A stretch of DNA of 48,717 bases from IMG/VR virus record IMGVR_UViG_3300020718_000016, positions 1 through 48,717 of that record; one strand, given 5' to 3'. This stretch comes from a virus. Its lineage: Duplodnaviria > Caudoviricetes. Under the pieces are notes generated by a model. The model ran no database searches. It was given only the letters and a program-made list of their open reading frames with translations, and was not told the origin of the DNA. How positions within the stretch are numbered: the first letter of the stretch is position 1; each line of letters starts with the position of its first letter. This document shows, one piece after another, positions 19,411 through 26,476 of the stretch. A program made the position numbers and the translations under genes.

Positions 19411-19485
19411 TGGTTGCGGAGAATGGAATCGCACCAATGCCCTCCGGATTATGAGTCCGGCGCTCTACTCCTGAGCTACTCCGCT
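19411..19485 (-). tRNA. tRNA-Met(CAT), initiator-like 1:72 mismatch
   Basis: Cloverleaf, anticodon arm CCGGA-CTCATAA-TCCGG, encoded CCA. Confidence 0.85.
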
Positions 19486-19497
19486 ATAACTTATATA

Positions 19498-19635
19498 TCA
19501 AAGAATGTAGTAATCTTCTTTACCCACACCACAATCTGGACATTCAAAATCTTCAGGTAAATCTTCCCATTTACCTTCTACTTCTTCATTATGGACATGA
19601 CCACAAACTACACAAATATGTTGTTGATTTTCCAT
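19498..19635 (-). CDS. Rubredoxin (45 aa)
   Basis: Manual translation MENQQHICVVCGHVHNEEVEGKWEDLPEDFECPDCGVGKEDYYIL; two CxxCG motifs. Confidence 0.9.
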   Translation of the reverse strand: MENQQHICVVCGHVHNEEVEGKWEDLPEDFECPDCGVGKEDYYIL

Positions 19636-19778
19636 TATAGATTCTCCATATTTTTTGCATATTCAAGAATAGCTTCAGCAAACATAACAGGAAAATCTGC
19701 TCTTCCCCCAGCCATTGTTATACCTTCGGCTCGACCTGTAATCTGTAGATAGATATTGTGGATTACTTCTTTACTCAT
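19635..19778 (-). CDS. Small hypothetical protein (47 aa)
   Basis: TAATG overlaps on both sides; MSKEVIHNIYLQITGRAEG... Confidence 0.6.
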   Translation of the reverse strand: MSKEVIHNIYLQITGRAEGITMAGGRADFPVMFAEAILEYAKNMENL

Positions 19779-20227
19779 TATAGTTTCTCCAATACAGTTT
19801 TATAAGCATTAGCATGACGTTCTTCTACTTTAGCCAAAGCAGCAAATCTTTTTTCTGCTTTAGCGAGAACTGCTTTGAATTGCTCAGCGTGTTCTTTAGA
19901 TTCTTCAATCTGCTCAGTAAATTCTTTACTTGCAAGAGATAGACCTTCACCAAATGCCTGATTTCTAAATTGTGGATACATTGTGGTAAACTCATATGTT
20001 TCACCTTCAATGGCTTTTTCCAAACATTCTTTTGTAGATGGTTTACCGATGAGTAATTCTAGATGACCCCAAGCGTGTAGAATTTCTTGGTCGGCTGTGT
20101 GTTCAAAATGCTTTGCTACTTCTTCAAAGCCTTCTTCACGAGCAATCTTGGCGAAATAACGGTACTTGATATGAGCCATTGATTCGCCAGCCAATGCACT
20201 CTCAAGGTTTTGTAATGTATTAGACAT
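19778..20227 (-). CDS. rbr: Rubrerythrin (ferritin-like di-iron domain only)
   Basis: TLQNLESALAGES, YFAKIAREEG, QEILHA, GETYE, EERH. Confidence 0.92.
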   Translation of the reverse strand: MSNTLQNLESALAGESMAHIKYRYFAKIAREEGFEEVAKHFEHTADQEILHAWGHLELLIGKPSTKECLEKAIEGETYEFTTMYPQFRNQAFGEGLSLASKEFTEQIEESKEHAEQFKAVLAKAEKRFAALAKVEERHANAYKTVLEKL

Positions 20228-20268
20228 AATTTACTCCATAGTTAAAAACTTATATATTTCTCAAATCA

Positions 20269-20327
20269 ATAAATTTTTGTTATCTGATATATGATATATT
20301 TTAATGAGCGTTATAAAAAAAATTGAT
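20269..20327. promoter_or_regulatory. Putative OxyR/LysR-type operator
   Basis: ATAA-N7-TTAT-N7-ATGA-N7-TAAT-N7-ATAA-N7-TGAT directly upstream of rubrerythrin. Confidence 0.4.
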
Positions 20328-20402
20328 GGTGCCCCTTGTCCGACTCGAACAGACCACCTACTGATTACAAATCAGTTGCTCCACCAGATGAGCTAAAGGG
20401 GC
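20327..20402 (-). tRNA. tRNA-Thr(TGT)
   Basis: Anticodon arm ACTGA-TTTGTAA-TCAGT, GTTCGAG T loop, CCA end. Confidence 0.93.
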
Positions 20403-20477
20403 AAGCTGTGCGGTTTTCTACCCCCTGAGCCACCGAACTTTCTCATTCGGACTTTGCTACGCACACAAGGTCGGACT
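20403..20477 (-). ncRNA. Candidate small structured RNA between tRNA-Tyr and tRNA-Thr
   Basis: GC-rich; TGTGCG/CGCACA closing stem; inner CCGAA/TTCGG hairpin. Confidence 0.35.
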
Positions 20478-20562
20478 TGGTGGAGAATCTTGGAGTCGAA
20501 CCAAGTATGCCTGAGGCGACAGATTTACAGTCTGCTGAAGTCACCAATGCTTCTCATTCTCC
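20478..20562 (-). tRNA. tRNA-Tyr(GTA)
   Basis: GCAGA-CTGTAAA-TCTGT, long variable arm, CCA end. Confidence 0.92.
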
Positions 20563-20569
20563 ATATTAC

Positions 20570-20645
20570 TGGCTCCAGAGCTTGGGGTCGAACCAAGGAC
20601 ATCAAAATTAACAGTTTTGCGCTCTACCAACTGAGCTACTCCGGA
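20570..20645 (-). tRNA. tRNA-Asn(GTT)
   Basis: CAAAA-CTGTTAA-TTTTG, GGTTCGA, CCA end. Confidence 0.93.
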
Positions 20646-20651
20646 ATATCT

Positions 20652-20847
20652 ATTATTGAGAATACTGTTTTGTGTTTAAGATAATTCAACCGACCCCTTA
20701 CGGGATTATTTCGGTATTATAGGTCTCTCCTGTGTTCGTCTTGCTGTGTCAGCATACAGCGTTTCAGATACCTGAAGATTACTACCAGGATGATGTTCTT
20801 CCCTAACAGTTAGGATTGCTTACTCTTTTGCACACATTCTCAATAAT
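20652..20847 (-). ncRNA. Candidate ~195 nt multibranched ncRNA between tRNA-Gly and tRNA-Asn
   Basis: 12 bp perfect closing stem ATTATTGAGAAT/ATTCTCAATAAT enclosing several hairpins. Confidence 0.6.
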
Positions 20848-20920
20848 GGAGCGGAATATTGGAATTGAACCAATGACGAAAGGTTGGAAACCTTTAGTTT
20901 TACCACTAAACTAATCCCGC
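20847..20920 (-). tRNA. tRNA-Gly(TCC)
   Basis: AAAGG-TTTCCAA-CCTTT, GCGGG acceptor, U73, CCA. Confidence 0.92.
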
Positions 20921-20926
20921 AAAAAC

Positions 20927-20996
20927 TGGAGCGGTGGCTTGGATTTGCACCAAGTGATTAAGTTGGACACCTAATCTGGTTCTATACCCCGACCGC
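20927..20996 (-). ncRNA. Non-canonical tRNA-Gly(TCC)-like RNA (70 nt)
   Basis: GCGGT/ACCGC acceptor with TCCA end, 7 bp anticodon stem, minimal D arm, almost no variable loop. Confidence 0.6.
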
Positions 20997-21005
20997 ATAT
21001 GTAAT

Positions 21006-21034
21006 ACTATAACACAAATTTATTTATTTGTCAA
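21006..21034 (-). promoter_or_regulatory. Sigma70 promoter driving the tRNA array
   Basis: TTGACA-17nt-TATAGT with extended -10 TG, just upstream of the first tRNA-like gene. Confidence 0.8.
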
Positions 21035-21127
21035 CGAGTAATGTATCTTTTTACTAAAATATACCAGTATTTTATTCCACGAAATGTGGGTAGACAATCC
21101 ATGATGTCAAAGGAAAAACTTACCTCT

Positions 21128-21679
21128 TTAGGAATGTTCCCGTAGGTCTTGTTCAAAGTATCCTTGCGTGTCATCTTCTTTCCATCCTAATGGTTCTATT
21201 TCAATATCTGAATCTGGATTTTGAACACCTTTAAATACATTCCAAAGTTTTTCTTTAATAGCAAATTTGGTAAATAGGCCGGCTTCATATCCGTGTGCTT
21301 CTATTTCCCAAGGTTGAACCCAATAATCAATTGTATCAGAATCAACTCTTTCACCTTTCCAACGAGTTAATCTTTCGTTGGTTTCACCATAAACATATTG
21401 TTTAATATGAACCATTTCATGAGCCAATGTTTTGAGAATGTCATAACCACCAATGCCAGAATGTAATTCAATTTCAAATTCTCTTGGCTTACCGCTATTA
21501 TTATATTCTTCTACTGAAGCATAACCATAAGCAGGTATGTCTTTAGTAAATTTTATCCGAACAAAGATGTTTTCCAACATTTTTTCAGATATCAATTCTT
21601 TTGCGTAAAATTGAGCAGCCCGCTTCACATACGGTCTAAAGCGCTTTTTATCGGGACAACCAACTATACTTAACTTCAT
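21128..21679 (-). CDS. HExxH zinc metallopeptidase (zincin/SprT-like)
   Basis: TLAHEMVHIKQY, PWEIEA. Confidence 0.8.
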   Translation of the reverse strand: MKLSIVGCPDKKRFRPYVKRAAQFYAKELISEKMLENIFVRIKFTKDIPAYGYASVEEYNNSGKPREFEIELHSGIGGYDILKTLAHEMVHIKQYVYGETNERLTRWKGERVDSDTIDYWVQPWEIEAHGYEAGLFTKFAIKEKLWNVFKGVQNPDSDIEIEPLGWKEDDTQGYFEQDLREHS

Positions 21680-21741
21680 TAGGTCTCTCCTTAGTAAATT
21701 GACCCAATAATTGTATCGCTCTGTACCTGCTCACCTACGCT

Positions 21742-21749
21742 TATTTATG
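21742..21749 (-). promoter_or_regulatory. T4-type late promoter (CATAAATA)
   Basis: Upstream of the metallopeptidase gene. Confidence 0.5.
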
Positions 21750-22107
21750 ACCTAGCATCCCTTATCAATACCTGAGATTTAATCTCATCAGGTGAAAAGA
21801 AATGCTCTAATGTATCTATAACTCTTTGTTCCTCAAAGTCTTTACAACTAAAGACATCAAGGTAGAGGTCTCCGTTATGGTCTAGGAAGTGCCCCATGAT
21901 GCTGGAAGTTTCAATTAATTGTATAACCGTCCAGCCGGCTAAATCTGTTTCATCCGCAAAGTGTACCAATTGTGGTTCACCATATGGTAACATCTCAATC
22001 ATTCTTACCAATTCTTTTGTAAAATGCTTGATATACTCTGGATCCTGAGCCTTGGCTGGAAAACAGCCTTTGGCGTCAATGACTAAATGTTTACCCCAAC
22101 CTTGCAT
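21745..22107 (-). CDS. speD: S-adenosylmethionine decarboxylase proenzyme
   Basis: WGKHLVIDAKGC, QLIETSSIMGHF (pyruvoyl Ser site), YLDVFSCKDF. Confidence 0.85.
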   Translation of the reverse strand: MQGWGKHLVIDAKGCFPAKAQDPEYIKHFTKELVRMIEMLPYGEPQLVHFADETDLAGWTVIQLIETSSIMGHFLDHNGDLYLDVFSCKDFEEQRVIDTLEHFFSPDEIKSQVLIRDARS

Positions 22108-22280
22108 TACCACTCTCCGTTGTCAAACCAAACACGAATAGTGATTGGCAAAAGTTCTAGTATAAAAGCGTCTTGTTCCCACGCTTCGTTTGTTTTAAAC
22201 ATCTCACAATTAATCCTCCAATGGAATGGATTTAATTTTAATGTAATATTAATACCTGAGTATTTTAACCAGTTAATCAT
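22107..22280 (-). CDS. Small hypothetical protein (57 aa)
   Basis: MINWLKYSGINITLKLNPFHWRI...RVWFDNGEW; overlaps both neighbours' start or stop. Confidence 0.65.
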   Translation of the reverse strand: MINWLKYSGINITLKLNPFHWRINCEMFKTNEAWEQDAFILELLPITIRVWFDNGEW

Positions 22281-22483
22281 AATATACCTAACTGATTTTT
22301 GATATACTTATCCTTCATCATGGCAGGTATATCTAAGTAAGGTTCTTCTAATAGAAATGGACAAGGACAACCCCATTTATATTCAGATAAAAACCGTTTT
22401 AACATATTCACATGATTTTTGTTTTTTGGGTCAAACAAATACTTTGGATTTCTTAAAGTTTGAAGTTCAATTAATTTACTCAT
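22277..22483 (-). CDS. Hypothetical protein
   Basis: ORF track; WGCPCPFLLEEPYLDIP. Confidence 0.65.
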   Translation of the reverse strand: MSKLIELQTLRNPKYLFDPKNKNHVNMLKRFLSEYKWGCPCPFLLEEPYLDIPAMMKDKYIKNQLGIL

Positions 22484-22701
22484 TTCACATACTCCAAATT
22501 ATCTTTACGCATATAATGAATTACTTGTGTGCTTCCGTCAGGTACAGTTTTGACCACAGGAATAAAAGTTATTCCATCAATCTCATTTGTTGCCCAATTT
22601 GAGTAGGTATAATAGATATCGGAGTTCGTTTTAGAACGAACCTTTTTAAGGATTGGTTTACTAGCAGTATAACCAGGTCGAGTTTTATTCCAGTTTTTCA
22701 T
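22480..22701 (-). CDS. Hypothetical protein
   Basis: Start reset to ATG 22701, downstream of the promoter. Confidence 0.6.
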   Translation of the reverse strand: MKNWNKTRPGYTASKPILKKVRSKTNSDIYYTYSNWATNEIDGITFIPVVKTVPDGSTQVIHYMRKDNLEYVK

Positions 22702-22708
22702 AGTATAA

Positions 22709-22737
22709 ATTATAACATAAAAAAAGGGGTCTGTCAA
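22709..22737 (-). promoter_or_regulatory. Sigma70 early promoter
   Basis: TTGACA-17nt-TATAAT. Confidence 0.8.
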
Positions 22738-22744
22738 GACCCCT
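22719..22744 (-). terminator. Rho-independent terminator after hsp20
   Basis: AGGGGTCT-TGAC-AGACCCCT followed by a T run. Confidence 0.8.
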
Positions 22745-22749
22745 CTTTA

Positions 22750-22815
22750 TTACCTACCATTTGGATAGTTTAATTGTTCCCATTCTTCATCAGAAACAGG
22801 CCACCAATTATTCAT
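22750..22815 (-). CDS. 21 aa Trp-rich acidic peptide coupled to hsp20
   Basis: MNNWWPVSDEEWEQLNYPNGR; start overlaps the hsp20 stop; fills the gap up to the terminator. Confidence 0.4.
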   Translation of the reverse strand: MNNWWPVSDEEWEQLNYPNGR

Positions 22816-23275
22816 CCTTAGATTTTACAGTAATTTTCTTTACCGCATCCTGTGCTTTGACCATGTTTTCCAACCAGACCTTAAGCATACCATTTGCAAT
22901 CTCGGCATCTTTAATTTCTACCTTATCGGCAAGAGTAAAGGCACGATTGAAATTGCGGTTAGCAATACCTTTGTAGATATAATTATCAACATCATCGGAA
23001 CTATCAACAACAGAACCTTTGATTACTAACTTGTTACCTTCTAAAAGAACTTCAATATCAGTTTTAGCAAAACCAGCAACTGCCATTTCAATGACATACT
23101 TGTTGTCTTTTACTTGCTTGATATTATATGGAGGATAACCAGGAGTTACTTTGGCGACTGTTTCTGTTACATCACGAATTTGGTCTAGTACATCATCAAA
23201 ACCAACTGTGAATGGATCCAAAGTCTTGTGGAGGGAAGCCCATTGTGGGAATAAAGATAAAGTTGTGCTTGTCAT
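22808..23275 (-). CDS. hsp20: Small heat shock protein (Hsp20/IbpA-like)
   Basis: YPPYNI, IEMAVAGF, YKGIANRNF, NGMLKV. Confidence 0.95.
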   Translation of the reverse strand: MTSTTLSLFPQWASLHKTLDPFTVGFDDVLDQIRDVTETVAKVTPGYPPYNIKQVKDNKYVIEMAVAGFAKTDIEVLLEGNKLVIKGSVVDSSDDVDNYIYKGIANRNFNRAFTLADKVEIKDAEIANGMLKVWLENMVKAQDAVKKITVKSKDE

Positions 23276-23331
23276 AGATTTCTCCTTAATTAAGCGAGTT
23301 AGTCAAAACTGCGGCCTCAAATGAGCACCGC
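23276..23331 (-). promoter_or_regulatory. ROSE-like RNA thermometer leader
   Basis: GCGG..CCGC hairpin, then CTCGCTT-AATT-AAGGAG pairing over the SD. Confidence 0.6.
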
Positions 23332-23337
23332 ACATAT

Positions 23338-23367
23338 AGTATACTAGTATTTATACTAATTTGTCAA
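23338..23367 (-). promoter_or_regulatory. Composite sigma70 and late promoter of hsp20
   Basis: TTGACA-18nt-TATACT with TATAAATA (23348-23355) in the spacer. Confidence 0.7.
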
Positions 23368-23393
23368 GTATTTTATGGTAAATATAAAATTAA

Positions 23394-23801
23394 TTAGTGT
23401 GAGAAATTCTTTTTTCCTATTTGGTATTTTGGAGTCAGTTCCCAATCATCTTTTTCCTTATGGGAAAGTATCTTAATTTGTGATAGGAAGATAGGTGCTG
23501 GTTCTTCAATTTGTTTTAAATTTACCACTTTAACTAAACCCCAATCTTGGAGTAATTTAGCAATGGCATTCCTACGAGATAAATCATTCTCGGAAATGTC
23601 CGTTGGTTTACCATCTAAAGCAAATAATTCCTTGAAGTGGACCACATAATATTTACCTTGCTTATGTAATATATGGCAAGATTGATACAATATTCTGTCT
23701 TTTTTGGAAGCTACACCGATACGAGTAAGAGTTTCACGCACTTTGAGAAAATCATCTTTTTCATTCAATGTAACTTCAACTAAATCGATAATTGAAATCA
23801 T
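23394..23801 (-). CDS. regA: Translational repressor RegA
   Basis: DDFLKVRETLTRIG, QSCHILHKQGKYYVVHFKEL. Confidence 0.96.
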   Translation of the reverse strand: MISIIDLVEVTLNEKDDFLKVRETLTRIGVASKKDRILYQSCHILHKQGKYYVVHFKELFALDGKPTDISENDLSRRNAIAKLLQDWGLVKVVNLKQIEEPAPIFLSQIKILSHKEKDDWELTPKYQIGKKNFSH

Positions 23802-24394
23802 GACTTGTTCATTCCGTTGTTCTTATTATTATGGATATCAATACTATATTTAGTTTTAATGGTTTCCATATATTCCAAAACAGATTTAACATCTTCAATC
23901 CCAGCATCAGATTTTATTCTATTAGCTTTGAATGATATTACTTCAATGTTTCCTTTGACATATCCCAATTCAGGAATAATTCTATCCAGAGATGGTGAAA
24001 AATCTCCAGGTCCACGACCAGTTGTTGCAATTTCAAATGGAGCCTTCAATACAGGACAAACCTTAGGAATAACAATATCCGATAATTCTATATTAAAATC
24101 TATATTTTTTTGTTGCGCTCTCTGTTTGGCTCTTGACCACATAAGATATATGTAATTTTTTCCTAGTTTTCTATATTCTTCTCTACCTTTTAATTTGTTC
24201 TTTTCTTTATTTTTTTCTCTTGATTTTTTAGCATAAACGTTTCCTGATTTTTTTTGATTTTCAGATAAACACTCAGCACACCAACCATTACTGGTGTATC
24301 TTTTGGACAGGTGTCCGTGTTTACAAGGTTTTTCGGTAAAATAAAAAAGTGATTGAATTTTTTTTGCTTCTTTAGCTGTTTTAGGATAGTTCAT
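23798..24394 (-). CDS. Free-standing HNH-type homing endonuclease
   Basis: CKHGH..RY..CAEC N-domain; CPVL, SPSLDRIIPELGYVKGNIEVISFKANRIK; TATAAATA at 24424-24431. Confidence 0.8.
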   Translation of the reverse strand: MNYPKTAKEAKKIQSLFYFTEKPCKHGHLSKRYTSNGWCAECLSENQKKSGNVYAKKSREKNKEKNKLKGREEYRKLGKNYIYLMWSRAKQRAQQKNIDFNIELSDIVIPKVCPVLKAPFEIATTGRGPGDFSPSLDRIIPELGYVKGNIEVISFKANRIKSDAGIEDVKSVLEYMETIKTKYSIDIHNNKNNGMNKS

Positions 24395-24436
24395 AATTAT
24401 TGTATTTGTAAATAGTATTATTGTATTTATAACAAT

Positions 24437-24826
24437 TTACTTCTTTACTCCACCCTTTTCCACTATATTTTTTATTTCCTCTATTTGTTCGGTAGTAAGA
24501 ATTCGTAATGCTTCTTTGGCCTTTTCATTGGAATAACCAAAATATTCTTTTACACATTCTATATTTTTGTCAACCTCTGATTTCTGCCACGGTTGGAATT
24601 TTCGTTTCATAGATCGTATAGTGTTGAGAAGATACTGGTATTGCATATCCTTGTCTATACCAGGAGTGAGGTTTAACTGGTTAACATAAGATATACAATC
24701 TAAATGGTATGACAAGGCACGATTGACCACGAAAGGCACATAGTCCTTATAATCATATTCATCTTTAAACGGAGATTTTTTAGTTTGTAAGATTGATGGT
24801 ATGATTTCTTTGAATAGGTCTGGCAT
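24437..24826 (-). CDS. 62: Clamp loader small subunit gp62
   Basis: YVPFVVNRALS, YFGYSNEKA, synteny 44-62-regA. Confidence 0.92.
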   Translation of the reverse strand: MPDLFKEIIPSILQTKKSPFKDEYDYKDYVPFVVNRALSYHLDCISYVNQLNLTPGIDKDMQYQYLLNTIRSMKRKFQPWQKSEVDKNIECVKEYFGYSNEKAKEALRILTTEQIEEIKNIVEKGGVKK

Positions 24827-24901
24827 TACTTAAACTCACAATCAACTATATAAAAACTAAAATTACTAAATATATATAACATAACAAAATACCTCATCAT
24901 A

Positions 24902-25531
24902 ATGAAAAATATACCATACACATACCTTATATATTGTAAGACAACAAGACAATATTATTATGGTGTAAGATACTCAAAAAATTGTAATCCAAACGACCTA
25001 TGGAAATCTTATTTTACCTCATCTAATTATGTTAGAGAATTAATAAACAAATATGGAAAAAATGATTTTCTTTTTGAAATAAGAAGAACTTTTACAAATT
25101 CATATAAAGCAAGATGTTGGGAACAAAAAGTTTTAACTAAACTAAATGCATCTAAGCGAAATGATTTTATAAACAAAAATAATTCAGGTTTTCCCAGTGG
25201 TCAAAATAGAATATGGATTACCAACGGTAAACAAAACAAGTTTATTGATATTTTGGAAATCGATAATTATACTGATTGGCAAAAAGGAAGAACATTTTCG
25301 AAATCAATAAAGCAAAAAATATCAATAACCAGAAAGTCACAAAATTTAATAAACATACCAAATCATAGCAAAGAACAAAAATTAAAATGGTCAGAAATGC
25401 GTAAGGGTAAAATAAATGGAAGAGATACTTCTAAACCGGTAATAGTTAATAATAAAAAATATTCATCAATAAAACAAGCTATGTTAGAAACAGGACTATC
25501 CAGATATATTATAAAACAATCTAATCCTTAA
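24902..25531 (+). CDS. Free-standing GIY-YIG (Seg-like) homing endonuclease
   Basis: YTYLI...YYYGVR, YFTSS, WEQKVL, IWITNG NUMOD-like motif; opposite strand; ACTAAATA upstream. Confidence 0.85.
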   Translation: MKNIPYTYLIYCKTTRQYYYGVRYSKNCNPNDLWKSYFTSSNYVRELINKYGKNDFLFEIRRTFTNSYKARCWEQKVLTKLNASKRNDFINKNNSGFPSGQNRIWITNGKQNKFIDILEIDNYTDWQKGRTFSKSIKQKISITRKSQNLINIPNHSKEQKLKWSEMRKGKINGRDTSKPVIVNNKKYSSIKQAMLETGLSRYIIKQSNP

Positions 25532-26456
25532 AGGAACAATCCACCATAATTTCTGTCAAACAGGCCACCATATTAATTTCATGGTCTGCTACGAAAGCGG
25601 ACTGATATTGATATTTTGCGAGTATGAGAACTAACTGCGGAACCGTGTTGGCCTTGAGTGCCTCATAAAGAGTATCATAAAGTTTACGATAAATCTTTAC
25701 AGGATCGTTGTCTAGGTTATTAGTAACCCACTTGCGAACAGAAGCAAAGTCTTTTTCTTTTAATGATGTGACAAGAGATTCAAGTTGAATATCAGCAATA
25801 TTACTAAGAATGCCGCTATCAATTGTGCCAGAAACCGAATATCGCTGAAGCTCATTAATAACACGGCGATTGTCCGGAAAATGTTTTGTGATGACTGCTG
25901 CCACCACTTTCTTGTCATAAGTAATGTTCTCTTGTTCCAATATCCATTCAACACGCTTAAAAAAGTCTGCTGCCATTTTCTGTTTAGAGCCGTTGACCTT
26001 AAAGTCGACCACAGAGCAACGAGAGTGGATTGGATCAATGATACGATTTTTGAAATTACAGGTGAATATGAAAGAACAGTTTGATGCAAATTCTTCAATT
26101 GCACCACGCATTGCTGGTTGAGTTGAGTTAGGGTTAAGATAATCTGCCTCATCAATAATTACTACCTTTCTGCCACCCATGAGAGAAACCGATGAAGCAT
26201 AGTTTTTAATTTTATTACGAAGAACATCAATGCCAGACTCATCAGAGCCATTGATGACAATATAGTCACAACCAACTTGCTCACAGAGGGCTTTCGCAAT
26301 GGTAGTTTTACCAACGCCTGCCGTACCGGATAATAATAAGTTCGGTATTTCTTTTCTATTGACATACTCTTGAAACGTGGCCTTGATTGCTTCAGGAAGA
26401 ATACAATCTTCTACTTTTTTAGGCCGATACTTCTCTACCCACAGTAATTGTTCCAT
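25521..26456 (-). CDS. 44: Clamp loader large subunit gp44
   Basis: WVEKYRP, GTAGVGKTT, IIDEAD, HSRC. Confidence 0.96.
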   Translation of the reverse strand: MEQLLWVEKYRPKKVEDCILPEAIKATFQEYVNRKEIPNLLLSGTAGVGKTTIAKALCEQVGCDYIVINGSDESGIDVLRNKIKNYASSVSLMGGRKVVIIDEADYLNPNSTQPAMRGAIEEFASNCSFIFTCNFKNRIIDPIHSRCSVVDFKVNGSKQKMAADFFKRVEWILEQENITYDKKVVAAVITKHFPDNRRVINELQRYSVSGTIDSGILSNIADIQLESLVTSLKEKDFASVRKWVTNNLDNDPVKIYRKLYDTLYEALKANTVPQLVLILAKYQYQSAFVADHEINMVACLTEIMVDCSFKD

Positions 26457-26476
26457 AACTTGCTCCCATAATATAA

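Noticed and set aside
19327-19560. Plus-strand 77 aa ORF
   Set aside because: Antisense to tRNA-Met, rubredoxin and a small ORF with a good RBS
20454-20684. Plus-strand 76 aa ORF
   Set aside because: Antisense shadow over tRNA-Tyr and tRNA-Asn
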